Below, piece after piece: positions 38,586 to 48,700 of a DNA stretch of 64,000 nt. Both the position numbers and the translations under genes were made by a program. The stretch is taken from IMG/VR virus record IMGVR_UViG_3300042889_001305; one strand, written 5' to 3'. The stretch's first letter is position 1; every line of letters starts with the position of its first letter. Source of the stretch: a virus (taxonomy: Duplodnaviria > Heunggongvirae > Uroviricota > Caudoviricetes). The notes under the pieces were generated by a model, which was given only the letters and a program-made list of their open reading frames with translations, was not told where the DNA came from and searched no databases.

Positions 38586-40018
38586 ATTAAATCTTTATTT
38601 AAAGCTTTATAAATTGTGTTTCCTAAATATTCGGGTAATAAATAACTTTGATATATTTTTACTAAATTATTAAAATTATGTTCTAATACTTCAAACATAT
38701 CAAAATAAATTTCATGTATTTCATCAATATCTAATTTAGATATTTTTAAGATTTCATTGTATGCTAATTCGAATCGTTTGTTTGTATTTATTTCTAAATC
38801 ATATGATTCATCAACCCATTTATCAAATGTTTTAAACCCCAACTCTTTTAATGATTTTAATGTATATGGATTACCAAATATAATAAATGGTTGTAAATTT
38901 ATTACGGGTCTTAATGTTTTTTCAGTTATAAATGTATAATCAGAATGACAAGATGTTTCACACACAATATTAAAATATGAATTTAAAAAATGCTCTTTTG
39001 TACTAATTTGATTATCTGCTCTAGCACATACATCAGCATCATCGTGGTCTAATTTTAATGGGTATGATTCATCAACAAATTTTTTTAAAATTTCTCTATC
39101 CTCTTTTGAAAATTTTAAAGTTTCAAATTCTAAATTACTAATTGATTTTAAAACATTATCATATTCTGATAACGCACGTGATTCATATAATGAAACTAAT
39201 GATTCTTTTAAAATTCCATCATTATATAATTTAGAAATAACATATGGACGATGTAATCTATTTGAATTACGATTATATGATAAAAATTTATATTTTCTTA
39301 TATTGGAATATGAATTAAAAGCATCATCATTTTTAACAAAAGTTAATTCTTTATTTGTCATAGAATCCGGTCTACCATATACACGTGGGTCAAACCCCAT
39401 TAAGATATACCAGGGAAATGTTTCGACTGAAAATTCATATTTTTGTGAATCTTTTTTTATTTGAAAATTATTATTTACAAAAAAAACATCTTCTTTTTTA
39501 AATCCGTTTTTACTAACAAACCCATTAAAAAGTTCAATAGTTTTATCTGTTATTTCATAAGAACCTTCTCTCCAATCCATAATAAGTAAAATACAATTTT
39601 TATTATTTTTAATTAAATTGATTGTTGCTGGAGCTAATTTAAAATTATCAAACCCAAATTGTCTATGAACTGATATAGTATCCGCTTCTAATATTACTAC
39701 ATTTAAAATATCATCTTTTAATTCGGTTTCATTTATTTGGTATGGTAATTTAAATTTTACTATTGGTATTCTGTGTGCTTCATTTGAAAATTTTGATTTA
39801 TACTCTTTTAAATAATTTAAAAATGGAGTATCAACATATCGTAATTCATATTTTTCTTTTGGTCTTGTTGGACGAGTTAAATGAACATCAAAATCTTTTA
39901 TTTTTTTTAAATTATTTAAAAAAATTTCAGGCAAATCTTGTTGAGCATATCCAGAAAAAAGATATCCATTTGGTGTTATATATTCACTTATTATATTAAT
40001 TTTAGAATATAAAGACAT
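38582..40018 (-). CDS. putative glycosyltransferase-like protein, paralogue 3
   Basis: FLSYNR..RLHR; YFNIVCETS...ITEKTLRPVINLQPFI...LGFKTF.KWVDESYD. Confidence 0.5.
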   Translation of the reverse strand: MSLYSKINIISEYITPNGYLFSGYAQQDLPEIFLNNLKKIKDFDVHLTRPTRPKEKYELRYVDTPFLNYLKEYKSKFSNEAHRIPIVKFKLPYQINETELKDDILNVVILEADTISVHRQFGFDNFKLAPATINLIKNNKNCILLIMDWREGSYEITDKTIELFNGFVSKNGFKKEDVFFVNNNFQIKKDSQKYEFSVETFPWYILMGFDPRVYGRPDSMTNKELTFVKNDDAFNSYSNIRKYKFLSYNRNSNRLHRPYVISKLYNDGILKESLVSLYESRALSEYDNVLKSISNLEFETLKFSKEDREILKKFVDESYPLKLDHDDADVCARADNQISTKEHFLNSYFNIVCETSCHSDYTFITEKTLRPVINLQPFIIFGNPYTLKSLKELGFKTFDKWVDESYDLEINTNKRFELAYNEILKISKLDIDEIHEIYFDMFEVLEHNFNNLVKIYQSYLLPEYLGNTIYKALNKDLI

Positions 40019-40020
40019 AC

Positions 40021-40803
40021 TTAAATTAGAGTAGAAGATTTTTTATTTATACTATTCATTAATTCAACTTCGTAATTTTTAAAAGTTTCAATATACCACT
40101 GTCTTCTATGTCTTAGGTGGTTACAATGACCAGATTTATCTGATATTGTTGAGTATGTGCTTGAAACTCCATCATATTCAAACCAAGTGTTTTCATATTT
40201 TGCATCATGCATTATTTCATCAAAATATATTTCGTCTTCTAATACTATTTTTGGAATAAAATAATCAACTGCTTTTAAGTAATCAATACTACCTGCCCAA
40301 AACCCATTATGTGGTATTGAATTTTTGTGATGATATGCACATCCTATATAAGTGTTACACCAACTGTAATCAATAAGGTCACCTGTATATTTATTTGCTG
40401 ATGACATCATTAATTCATCTAATTCATTGTAGAAACAAACTACAAATTCTTTGTTTACACTATCATGTGAAACAAATACCTTTAACCATTCTTGATTTTC
40501 AATTTTTTGTGGTACAAAGACGTGGTTAAATTTTGGTTCTGCATCCGGTGTTTCCTTTGTCCACCAATCAAATTTAATATATCCATCTAATGTTATATAC
40601 AACCCTAAATGTAATCCTGGTTTACCAATAATACAACATGCATTATTTTCACCTTCATCTTTTTTAATTGCTTCAAAATTTGTTTTAAATTTAGTAAACA
40701 AAGTAAAATCTCCTTGTACCCAAGCAGCTGAATTCTTATCTTTTAATCCATGTTGGTTTTCTATACAAATTTCCCACCAATCTTTATAATTTATTTCTAT
40801 CAT
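40021..40803 (-). CDS. LamG/concanavalin-A-like domain protein
   Basis: 260 aa; beta-rich; YIGC...FWAGSID..K...Y...ISDKSGHCNH pattern as in LamG domains. Confidence 0.45.
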   Translation of the reverse strand: MIEINYKDWWEICIENQHGLKDKNSAAWVQGDFTLFTKFKTNFEAIKKDEGENNACCIIGKPGLHLGLYITLDGYIKFDWWTKETPDAEPKFNHVFVPQKIENQEWLKVFVSHDSVNKEFVVCFYNELDELMMSSANKYTGDLIDYSWCNTYIGCAYHHKNSIPHNGFWAGSIDYLKAVDYFIPKIVLEDEIYFDEIMHDAKYENTWFEYDGVSSTYSTISDKSGHCNHLRHRRQWYIETFKNYEVELMNSINKKSSTLI

Positions 40804-42215
40804 AATTTTGTGTTTTTACATATGTTCCAAAAATTTTCAAACTCAGGAAAGGTCTTTAAAAAATCAGTTCCTCTTCTCTTATCGTGGTTTGAAAAGAATT
40901 GATAAAAATTATATCTTCTCATATTTTTTAACCAATCTTCCTCATCAGATATATACCAATCATAAATTCTTTTTATTTTTGCAATTTCCATATCACCATA
41001 ACCTGCTTCGGTTTTTGCTGCGTATGGAGTTGCTAAAAAATCCATTAATTTTGCTTGATTTAATATATCATTACCCCAATCATGTGAATCATCTGCCATT
41101 AAAGTTTTAACTGCTTGGTGTTGTGGGTGTCTTAAATAAGAACTATCTAATAATACGGCGTTTGGCCAATATCTATCAACACTCTTATGATTATATTTTA
41201 TATCGTAGATATCAGTAATCAGTCCACCAAAATTTGGAACTGATAACGCGTTATAAGTTGTCATAAATGTGATATTTACGCGAGGACATTTTAATAAAAT
41301 TTTATTAACATTATCCATAAACTGATTATACACTAATCCGTTTCTAATATATTCCGCTTGTTCTCCCTTTGAATCGCATGATGTAAATATTACAAAATCT
41401 TTTACCTTATCACCTTCCGTAATTCTATTTATTTTTTCTATAAATTTATCAATTAATTTATCAGGTACACCTAAGTTTGAATTGATTGCTAATGATAAAT
41501 TTTTATTTGGATTTTTTTCATCAATTATATAATCTAATACCTTCCATGTATCTTTTGACATTAGAGGTTCACCACCAGTGATTCTAAAGGTATGTAAATC
41601 CCTATATAACTCAGGCCACCATTTCCAAAATGCTTCTACATATGGATTTTCTTGTGATAATGGTATTGGCATTTTATCTTCTTGTCTAAGATATGCTAAA
41701 TCATTAAAATTATCAGTAGTTGGATAACCACCATGCTCTTCGATTTCCTCCATCCATCTAGTTGAGAATTGAGGTGAACAATATGAACATTTAAAATTAC
41801 ATGCGTTTGAAAAAGAAACTTCTGCGTACTTTGGATTATAATCTGCTTTCCAATCCAATGCTTTAATCTCATTCATATGTGGATAAGACCAAGGTTCGCC
41901 TGATTTAAATATTCTATCTGAAAACTCCGTTGAATTATCTTCAACATTCCAACAATAATCACATTCACTTGGACGTTTTCCTTCTAACATTTCTTTTCTA
42001 CGAATTTTTTTGAATCGCGTGTTGTGAAGTGCAGATGGGTTTCGTCTAATTTCTCTTTCAGGTATTGGGTGAGTACCCGGATGGTGACAAGAGTGAGTAT
42101 GCCCTATTTGTAAGTGCATTGTTACTTGTGTCCACTTTGCTAAACACATACCACAACCGGTTTTACTTAATTCATTCTTAACTTTTAAAGAATGCTCGTG
42201 AAATTTATTTTCCAT
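40800..42215 (-). CDS. radical SAM protein with N-terminal Cys-rich (twitch/SPASM-like) region
   Basis: CLAKW...SCHH, ECDYCW, CNFKCSYC, ITGGEPL. Confidence 0.85.
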   Translation of the reverse strand: MENKFHEHSLKVKNELSKTGCGMCLAKWTQVTMHLQIGHTHSCHHPGTHPIPEREIRRNPSALHNTRFKKIRRKEMLEGKRPSECDYCWNVEDNSTEFSDRIFKSGEPWSYPHMNEIKALDWKADYNPKYAEVSFSNACNFKCSYCSPQFSTRWMEEIEEHGGYPTTDNFNDLAYLRQEDKMPIPLSQENPYVEAFWKWWPELYRDLHTFRITGGEPLMSKDTWKVLDYIIDEKNPNKNLSLAINSNLGVPDKLIDKFIEKINRITEGDKVKDFVIFTSCDSKGEQAEYIRNGLVYNQFMDNVNKILLKCPRVNITFMTTYNALSVPNFGGLITDIYDIKYNHKSVDRYWPNAVLLDSSYLRHPQHQAVKTLMADDSHDWGNDILNQAKLMDFLATPYAAKTEAGYGDMEIAKIKRIYDWYISDEEDWLKNMRRYNFYQFFSNHDKRRGTDFLKTFPEFENFWNICKNTKL

Positions 42216-42247
42216 AACTTAAAAATTCATTTATATACATATATATA

Positions 42248-43687
42248 TTAAAGTTTTACATTTATCAACTTTGCTTTCGGTGCTAAATTTTCAATATTAA
42301 TTAACTCATATTTTAATTGAGCAATTCCATCTAATTTATAATCCCATTTACCTTGTTGCATCTGTAAAACGTATCTTTTTTCATTTCGTGCCGTAGTTTC
42401 TCCCTTTGCCCACTTATCTACTCCACCTACTTTAATTAAACCTTCATCTTGATGTGGTAAACATTTCAATCTACCAGCAATTCGATGTGGTATTATAGTA
42501 TATGGTATTTTTATCTCCTCTATTTTGTTTTCACAATTATATGCTATACCATTATTATCATTACCACTTTTATCAGTTACAATTCCATCTTCAAAATCAT
42601 AATGTAAAATTAAATCGGCATTAATAGGTATATTTGGTATTTGTTCTACTTCGCCTTTTGATAATGCTCTGTCCCACATTTTAACTTCTCCTATATCACC
42701 TTTGAACCACTTACTAACATCATCTGCTGCAACTGAAGTGGTTGTTCCTAAATAATAATCAACCATACCATAACGTTTTAACATTCCTGCAAATTGTTGT
42801 GGAGAATGAGTACCAGTTCCGTGTCTTGCATCAGATTCTTTTCCATTCATATAAAAATGAATATTATTATCATCAACTACAAGTGTAACCCATGTCCATT
42901 GGTTTTCATATCGTTTCATCCATTGATATAAATGTTCTCTTTGGTTATTCCAAAGTTGTGCAGTGTATGCTCTACTATTATTATAACTCAATCCGTAATC
43001 ATAACCTGGTCTGCGTAGTATTGGATATTCACAAAATCTTCTTTCAGTATCACCTACTAACCAAATTGGAACTTTTTCCTCTTGTTGGTGTGCACGAACT
43101 AATATTGAAATTGTATGAGAACGTGATGTTAAATTTCTTAAACTTCTTGTTGTAGGAATATGAACATATGAACTTTTACCATCAAACGATAAAAAATGTT
43201 TAGGGGTTGATGGGTAATTCATATATGAATTGTTTGCATATCCTTCTAATATACATCTCCAAAATAGGTCATCATCTTCCATACCCCAATCCCAATAATC
43301 GTTTGAATATCCGTTGGTGCGTTCCACTTGTTCCTTTGAAAAAATGACTGCTCCACCAAAATACTCTTCGTATTTCAACTTGTAATCCATTTGAGAGATA
43401 TTTGTAGCGATGTGTATTGGGTGTTTGTCTGGAAATGAGTAATCACATCCCTCTTCAGGTATCATATCAATATCATGCCAAACTATATAATCACACCCAT
43501 CTTCAAATGCGTGTTTTGCTGCAACGTTTTTCATTGCACCCCTATTGAATAATTTATCATCAACTTGATGCCCAAAATAAATACAATAATCAATACCTTG
43601 TTCTTCAAGATACTTTCCTACTGTTGGGATAAACTCTTTTAAATGAGATTCTCTATTTCTATAAGGTACACATACTCCTAATTTCAT
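42248..43687 (-). CDS. GT7 (beta-1,4-galactosyltransferase-like) glycosyltransferase with inserted LamG domain
   Basis: VPYRNR, FNRG, HDID, YFGG, NGYSNDYWDWGMEDDDL; LamG insert; C-terminal LKCLPH...GIAQLKY. Confidence 0.85.
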   Translation of the reverse strand: MKLGVCVPYRNRESHLKEFIPTVGKYLEEQGIDYCIYFGHQVDDKLFNRGAMKNVAAKHAFEDGCDYIVWHDIDMIPEEGCDYSFPDKHPIHIATNISQMDYKLKYEEYFGGAVIFSKEQVERTNGYSNDYWDWGMEDDDLFWRCILEGYANNSYMNYPSTPKHFLSFDGKSSYVHIPTTRSLRNLTSRSHTISILVRAHQQEEKVPIWLVGDTERRFCEYPILRRPGYDYGLSYNNSRAYTAQLWNNQREHLYQWMKRYENQWTWVTLVVDDNNIHFYMNGKESDARHGTGTHSPQQFAGMLKRYGMVDYYLGTTTSVAADDVSKWFKGDIGEVKMWDRALSKGEVEQIPNIPINADLILHYDFEDGIVTDKSGNDNNGIAYNCENKIEEIKIPYTIIPHRIAGRLKCLPHQDEGLIKVGGVDKWAKGETTARNEKRYVLQMQQGKWDYKLDGIAQLKYELINIENLAPKAKLINVKL

Positions 43688-45150
43688 TATATATCTACTT
43701 TTATATGTGATACTGATGGTGAAATTACTTTATTTTCTAATTCAGTATATCGCAATGTATTTAATCCATCAATATGATAATCCACAATACCAGTTCGTAC
43801 TTTATTATAATATTTTAATTGATTTTTTCTAGTTTCATCGTGTACCCAACGATTACCAATTGAAGAATTTGATTTATGTTTTAAAGATTTAAATTTACCA
43901 TTTCTTCTATATGGTTTTGGTAAAAATGTATTAAATGATTGTGATAATTTTTCAATACTAACATTATTTAATTTAGCCTGATATTCTCCAACCAAATCTA
44001 CACACTTTATATTATTTGATAATTCAGGTAGTAATTGAAAATATAAAAACTCTGATGATTTAAAGTTACCAAAATTTCTAATTTTTGGTTTTACTTTATT
44101 TTTACATATTTCTATGATTTCGTTTGGTTCTAATGCACTATCATACATTTCAACATTAGCTATATTACCATAAAAGAAATCTTTATTAGTATTCTTACCA
44201 TTTGCTGCACCTATATAAATATTCTTACTTGATAAGTCTAATATTTCAGCATCCATTTTAACACTATCAATAAGATTACCATCTAAATAAAAATATAACA
44301 TATTAGTATCTTTAAATACCATAGTTAAGTGAACCCAACGTTCTCCTAATATTTCAGTTGTTATTGAGTATGGGTTTTTATTTTTATCAAACGTTTGACA
44401 GAAAAATCTACGAAACGAATTATAAAAAATACCAATATTATATCCCGGTATTGATATTATTGGATATTCATCGTAATCTTTGTTTCGATTTATTTGCACG
44501 TCTACAGGTTTTACCATTACTGATAATGTAAAATCATTTGATAGATACGATGGTGTTTTTGCTTGTAATTCTATATAAGAATTATTACCATCAAATTTAA
44601 ATGTTTCAAATATTTCAACATCACAATTATCTGAATCTTCAACATCCAATTCTAAATCAGATTCTAAACATCTTATTAATAAATCATCATCTTCAAATCC
44701 CCATCCTAAGTATTCGTTTGAATATCCATTTATTTTTTCAAAATCTGCTTTATTAAAAAGAGTAACTCCTCCAAAATAATCAAAAAATGAAATTTCATAA
44801 TCATTTTCTTGTAAATGAGTTGCTAGGTGTAGTGGTTTATCAGTATATGAATAATCTACGTTAATTGGTAACATATCTACATCGTGAAATACAAAATAAT
44901 CACAATTATGATTGCATGCAATTTTATAACCTACATTTAATAGTTTACCACGATTAAATGGTTTGTCATCATTTTGTTCGATAACAAAAATTTGGTAGGT
45001 ATAATTAGTCAGATATTTTTCCATATGTTTTAAAAACCTATTGAGTTGGGTTTCTCTATTACGATATGGAACAATAACCGCTAGTTTATGCTGTTGGTGT
45101 ATCACCTTCTGTTTCATTTGTTTCAATTTCTGGTTCGGTTCTTTCTGCAT
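43687..45150 (-). CDS. GT7 glycosyltransferase with inserted LamG domain (start uncertain)
   Basis: VPYRNR, FNRGKLLN, FHDVD, FGGV, INGYSNEYLGWGFEDDDL; LamG insert; SLKH...GLNTLRY. Confidence 0.85.
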   Translation of the reverse strand: MQKEPNQKLKQMKQKVIHQQHKLAVIVPYRNRETQLNRFLKHMEKYLTNYTYQIFVIEQNDDKPFNRGKLLNVGYKIACNHNCDYFVFHDVDMLPINVDYSYTDKPLHLATHLQENDYEISFFDYFGGVTLFNKADFEKINGYSNEYLGWGFEDDDLLIRCLESDLELDVEDSDNCDVEIFETFKFDGNNSYIELQAKTPSYLSNDFTLSVMVKPVDVQINRNKDYDEYPIISIPGYNIGIFYNSFRRFFCQTFDKNKNPYSITTEILGERWVHLTMVFKDTNMLYFYLDGNLIDSVKMDAEILDLSSKNIYIGAANGKNTNKDFFYGNIANVEMYDSALEPNEIIEICKNKVKPKIRNFGNFKSSEFLYFQLLPELSNNIKCVDLVGEYQAKLNNVSIEKLSQSFNTFLPKPYRRNGKFKSLKHKSNSSIGNRWVHDETRKNQLKYYNKVRTGIVDYHIDGLNTLRYTELENKVISPSVSHIKVDI

Positions 45151-45382
45151 CTCTTGCCGGTCTATTTACTGAACCTACTGTTTTAGCTTTTGCAATCATA
45201 TAAAATTCATTTAAATACCATTCAATCCTTTCAGACCAAACATCTACTTCTAATGCATAAACCCAGTCGTTCATATCTTCCAATGTATCAGCAATACGTT
45301 CTAATGCTTTAGTACGTCTTTCTTCCAAATTTACGGATTCGCTTTTTGCCGTTTCGTTTCCTTTAATTAATTCCTTTGCCAT
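45086..45382 (-). CDS. small acidic hypothetical protein
   Basis: 98-aa ORF between two GT7 genes; overlaps the ORF-track start of the next gene. Confidence 0.6.
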   Translation of the reverse strand: MAKELIKGNETAKSESVNLEERRTKALERIADTLEDMNDWVYALEVDVWSERIEWYLNEFYMIAKAKTVGSVNRPARDAERTEPEIETNETEGDTPTA

Positions 45383-45407
45383 TTTTGTTTTGTTTTTTTT
45401 AAATTTA

Positions 45408-46895
45408 TTAAGTTACAATTCTTAGTAATGTATACCCATCTTTCATTTCTGAATTTAAGATTGTATATTTTATATTAGATAATCCTATTTTTTTAAAATC
45501 TATTTTATCAGTTAACGCCTCATTAAAAAATATATCTGCATTTTCCTCAACATCTGGGTCATATCTATAATATTTTTGTATAATATTATCATCTCCTACG
45601 TGTATTAGTGATTTATACGTTCCATCTAATCTAGTTGGTAAAGATATCTCATCTAATAGATTTATAGTTTCATTGAATATTGAATATTTACCTTCTACCT
45701 TTACGTGATTTCCAGCTTTACCTTTGTCTAATTTAAGTTCTGCAATACCACTAACATTATATGCGGTATCAAATCTAAAAATATTAGTTGGTATCAATCC
45801 TTCAATACTAGCAAGTTTATCCAAATATGAAATACCATCATAATATAATTTTTTAAGTTGTTCATCCGTTAATGTATCACTAAATGTAATTATATCTGCT
45901 AATTGGATTGCTGATTGTGAATCTGAAATTTTAATACATCTATCTGAATAATTAAAGGTTTCAAATTTACCTAATTTTTTTTCTTGTACTTTTTTATTGT
46001 TCAATACAAGTTTAATTTTATTATTAGGTTTATCATAAATTAAAACTGCGTTATTCCACTTATCTTTATTGTATTCAATACAAACATCAAAATGGTGTTC
46101 GGTATTACTCCAAATTTGTCCATTTAAATATCGACTACCAACTTCATTTTCAGATAAAAATAATCCAGTATCTGGTCCATCAAATGCAAATAAGTTTATT
46201 TTATGCATTACCTCCGATATATCTTTAAACCATAATGATATTGTAAAAGATGAATCAGTAAATCCTTGCATTAAGGAATTCTGTGGTCCGTATAATCGAG
46301 TTTCTTTTGGTAAATCAATTCCTTTGATTGTATGGGTTTTATTAATGTTTGATATCTCAACATTTTCAATTCTATATGGTAACACATCCCACAAATCATA
46401 ATATGAATATACTTGTTGTGCATCATAATATTGTTCTAAATATACTCCTGCTTTTTCCAATCGCATTAGTAAATCTAAATCTTCAAATCCATATCCCCAA
46501 TACTCATTAGAGTATCCGTTAGCCATTTCAAAATCTTCCCTATTAATTAATACAACTCCGCCAAAATATTGTGGGTAAGGTAATTTATTATTGTGTGCTT
46601 CTACGTTTGTTGCAAGGTGAGTCGGAACTGCTGGATAATTATAATCACACGAATCATTTATCGGTAACATATCAATATCATGAAAACAAAAATATGTGTA
46701 TTCTTTTGGTATTTCGTTTATTACCGCGTTACATAACTTACCATAATTAAATGGTCTATCATCTGCTTGTTCTGCTATAAAAATAGTATAATCAATTCCT
46801 TTATTTGCAAGGAATCTATTCATGTGTGGTATAAAGACATTTAAATGTGCTTGTCTATCACGATATGGTACTATGATTGCTAATTTATCTATCAT
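45408..46895 (-). CDS. GT7 glycosyltransferase with inserted LamG domain
   Basis: VPYRDR, FNYGKL, FHDID, YFGGV, NGYSNEYWGYGFEDLDL; LamG insert; SLIH...GLSNIKY. Confidence 0.85.
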   Translation of the reverse strand: MIDKLAIIVPYRDRQAHLNVFIPHMNRFLANKGIDYTIFIAEQADDRPFNYGKLCNAVINEIPKEYTYFCFHDIDMLPINDSCDYNYPAVPTHLATNVEAHNNKLPYPQYFGGVVLINREDFEMANGYSNEYWGYGFEDLDLLMRLEKAGVYLEQYYDAQQVYSYYDLWDVLPYRIENVEISNINKTHTIKGIDLPKETRLYGPQNSLMQGFTDSSFTISLWFKDISEVMHKINLFAFDGPDTGLFLSENEVGSRYLNGQIWSNTEHHFDVCIEYNKDKWNNAVLIYDKPNNKIKLVLNNKKVQEKKLGKFETFNYSDRCIKISDSQSAIQLADIITFSDTLTDEQLKKLYYDGISYLDKLASIEGLIPTNIFRFDTAYNVSGIAELKLDKGKAGNHVKVEGKYSIFNETINLLDEISLPTRLDGTYKSLIHVGDDNIIQKYYRYDPDVEENADIFFNEALTDKIDFKKIGLSNIKYTILNSEMKDGYTLLRIVT

Positions 46896-47746
46896 ATTTT
46901 AATTATAATTCTAGTTAATCTATCCCATTTAATGTAATCAAAATGATTATTTGTATTCATCTTTTCAAACATAAATTTATCGTTATTTATATCAATTTTA
47001 AAATCATTCCATTGAATTGCGTTATACATTAATTCATATTCAGTTGAAAACGCGTATTCTTTTTTAATATCAGCAACCGCCTTAATTCTATCTACACAAG
47101 TACTATCCCATTTGAAATGATGTACTTGTATTAATCCTTCACCATCTCCAATTGGGTAACGTTTTGGATGAGATTCTCCCCAACTATTTGTTCCATCCTC
47201 AAACTCAGCGTAATGTTGGCCGGATGATATTTTAATAAACCCTTTCATAATACAAACCTTATTTGGACAAGCCCCACTCATTGGATATCTAAAAAATCCA
47301 GCAAGTGGGAATTGTGTCCAAATATTTGTATGTTCATTTATCTGAGGAAACTCTCCATTTTCTCCTATCCTGTCAATAAACCCACCTGTAACAAATTCCC
47401 AATTATTTTCTTCACAATCAGAAATTAATTCTCTAATTGGTTTTGGATAAATGTGAAACTCATCGTCATCTGAAACTACCCACCAATCATTGGGGTGTAA
47501 TAATTTTGTTTCGTTATATAATTGTGTAACATATTCCCAATTAAATTTTTCTTTTATTTCTCGTCTAACAATTTTTGCTTTAGGAAATTCTTTTACAATC
47601 TCATAAACAATATCATATGTGCTAAACTCATCCCATTCATATACAACAACATATATTTCATCAACTAAATCATTATAGTGATTTAACATATGACGTAGAG
47701 TATTTGTTCTACTTCCTGTTACTGTAACTAATCTAATTTTTTGCAT
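46892..47746 (-). CDS. GT-A fold (GT2-like) glycosyltransferase
   Basis: WWVVSDDDEF (DxD), PNKV and HHFKW motifs. Confidence 0.7.
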   Translation of the reverse strand: MQKIRLVTVTGSRTNTLRHMLNHYNDLVDEIYVVVYEWDEFSTYDIVYEIVKEFPKAKIVRREIKEKFNWEYVTQLYNETKLLHPNDWWVVSDDDEFHIYPKPIRELISDCEENNWEFVTGGFIDRIGENGEFPQINEHTNIWTQFPLAGFFRYPMSGACPNKVCIMKGFIKISSGQHYAEFEDGTNSWGESHPKRYPIGDGEGLIQVHHFKWDSTCVDRIKAVADIKKEYAFSTEYELMYNAIQWNDFKIDINNDKFMFEKMNTNNHFDYIKWDRLTRIIIKI

Positions 47747-48519
47747 CTCTGAATAAATGTTAACCCCGTAGAAGTTGGTTTGTTTCTTAATATCCCGTTA
47801 TTAAAAAAATTAAATATTTCCCAATTGCCGGTTTCTTTTAATTCTTTTATTAATTTAGATGGGCCAGATGAAAACTCATGAAAGTCATTTTTGGGTTTTA
47901 CATCATCCGTAACAATTAATTCCTTTTCAAATGATACATCGGTATCGTGAATTGATATTATACCATAAGGTGAAAGAAGTTGTGAATATAATTCAAAATC
48001 ATTTTTTACATCTTCATAGGAATGACCTGCATCTATATGTAGATAATCAATTTTAATATCTTCTTTAACAAAATAATTATAAAATGCGTTTTCAGTAGTA
48101 TCTATGATAAATCTACAAGGAAAATTAGTTCTAAAAAAAGAATTTTCAGATTCCCAATCGGTATGACCACCGATTCCATTTGAAGCATCTACTAAAATTG
48201 TAGTACCACAATCACCCCACTCCATCATTTTATTTCCACTAAATATTTGTTGGTCGTGTAAATCAATTCTAGCTTGTGACATTAATCGCGGAATAAATCC
48301 ACCACCACTCCCCAAGCATACACATGTTTTTGCTCTGAGGTATTGGATTGTTGCATAAATTAATAATCCATCCCCAATATGTAAATCAGTAGCTCCATGT
48401 GACCATCGATATGCAACGGGTTGGTATTCAAAATATTCATCACCCTTAGTGTCTATTTTTTTAGTTCTATTATTGGTAAAAAAATCTTTTAAAATATTAT
48501 AGTTGAGAATACTGCCCAT
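47728..48519 (-). CDS. class I SAM-dependent methyltransferase (Methyltransf_24-like)
   Basis: VCLGSGGG, IDYLHIDAGHSYE and GIISIHD motifs. Confidence 0.8.
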   Translation of the reverse strand: MGSILNYNILKDFFTNNRTKKIDTKGDEYFEYQPVAYRWSHGATDLHIGDGLLIYATIQYLRAKTCVCLGSGGGFIPRLMSQARIDLHDQQIFSGNKMMEWGDCGTTILVDASNGIGGHTDWESENSFFRTNFPCRFIIDTTENAFYNYFVKEDIKIDYLHIDAGHSYEDVKNDFELYSQLLSPYGIISIHDTDVSFEKELIVTDDVKPKNDFHEFSSGPSKLIKELKETGNWEIFNFFNNGILRNKPTSTGLTFIQRCKKLD

Positions 48520-48700
48520 ACATTGAATAATGTGAATAAAATGCTAGAAATATGCTATTAGCTTAATAGTAATATAAGTTAATTAAGATAGTATAAGTGA
48601 TAGTGTAATAGCTTAGTAGCTTATCCCCCTACCCCCTTTAGTATATAAATATATAAAAATATACCAAACGATAAAAAAACTGAAAAATAAATATTTGGAA

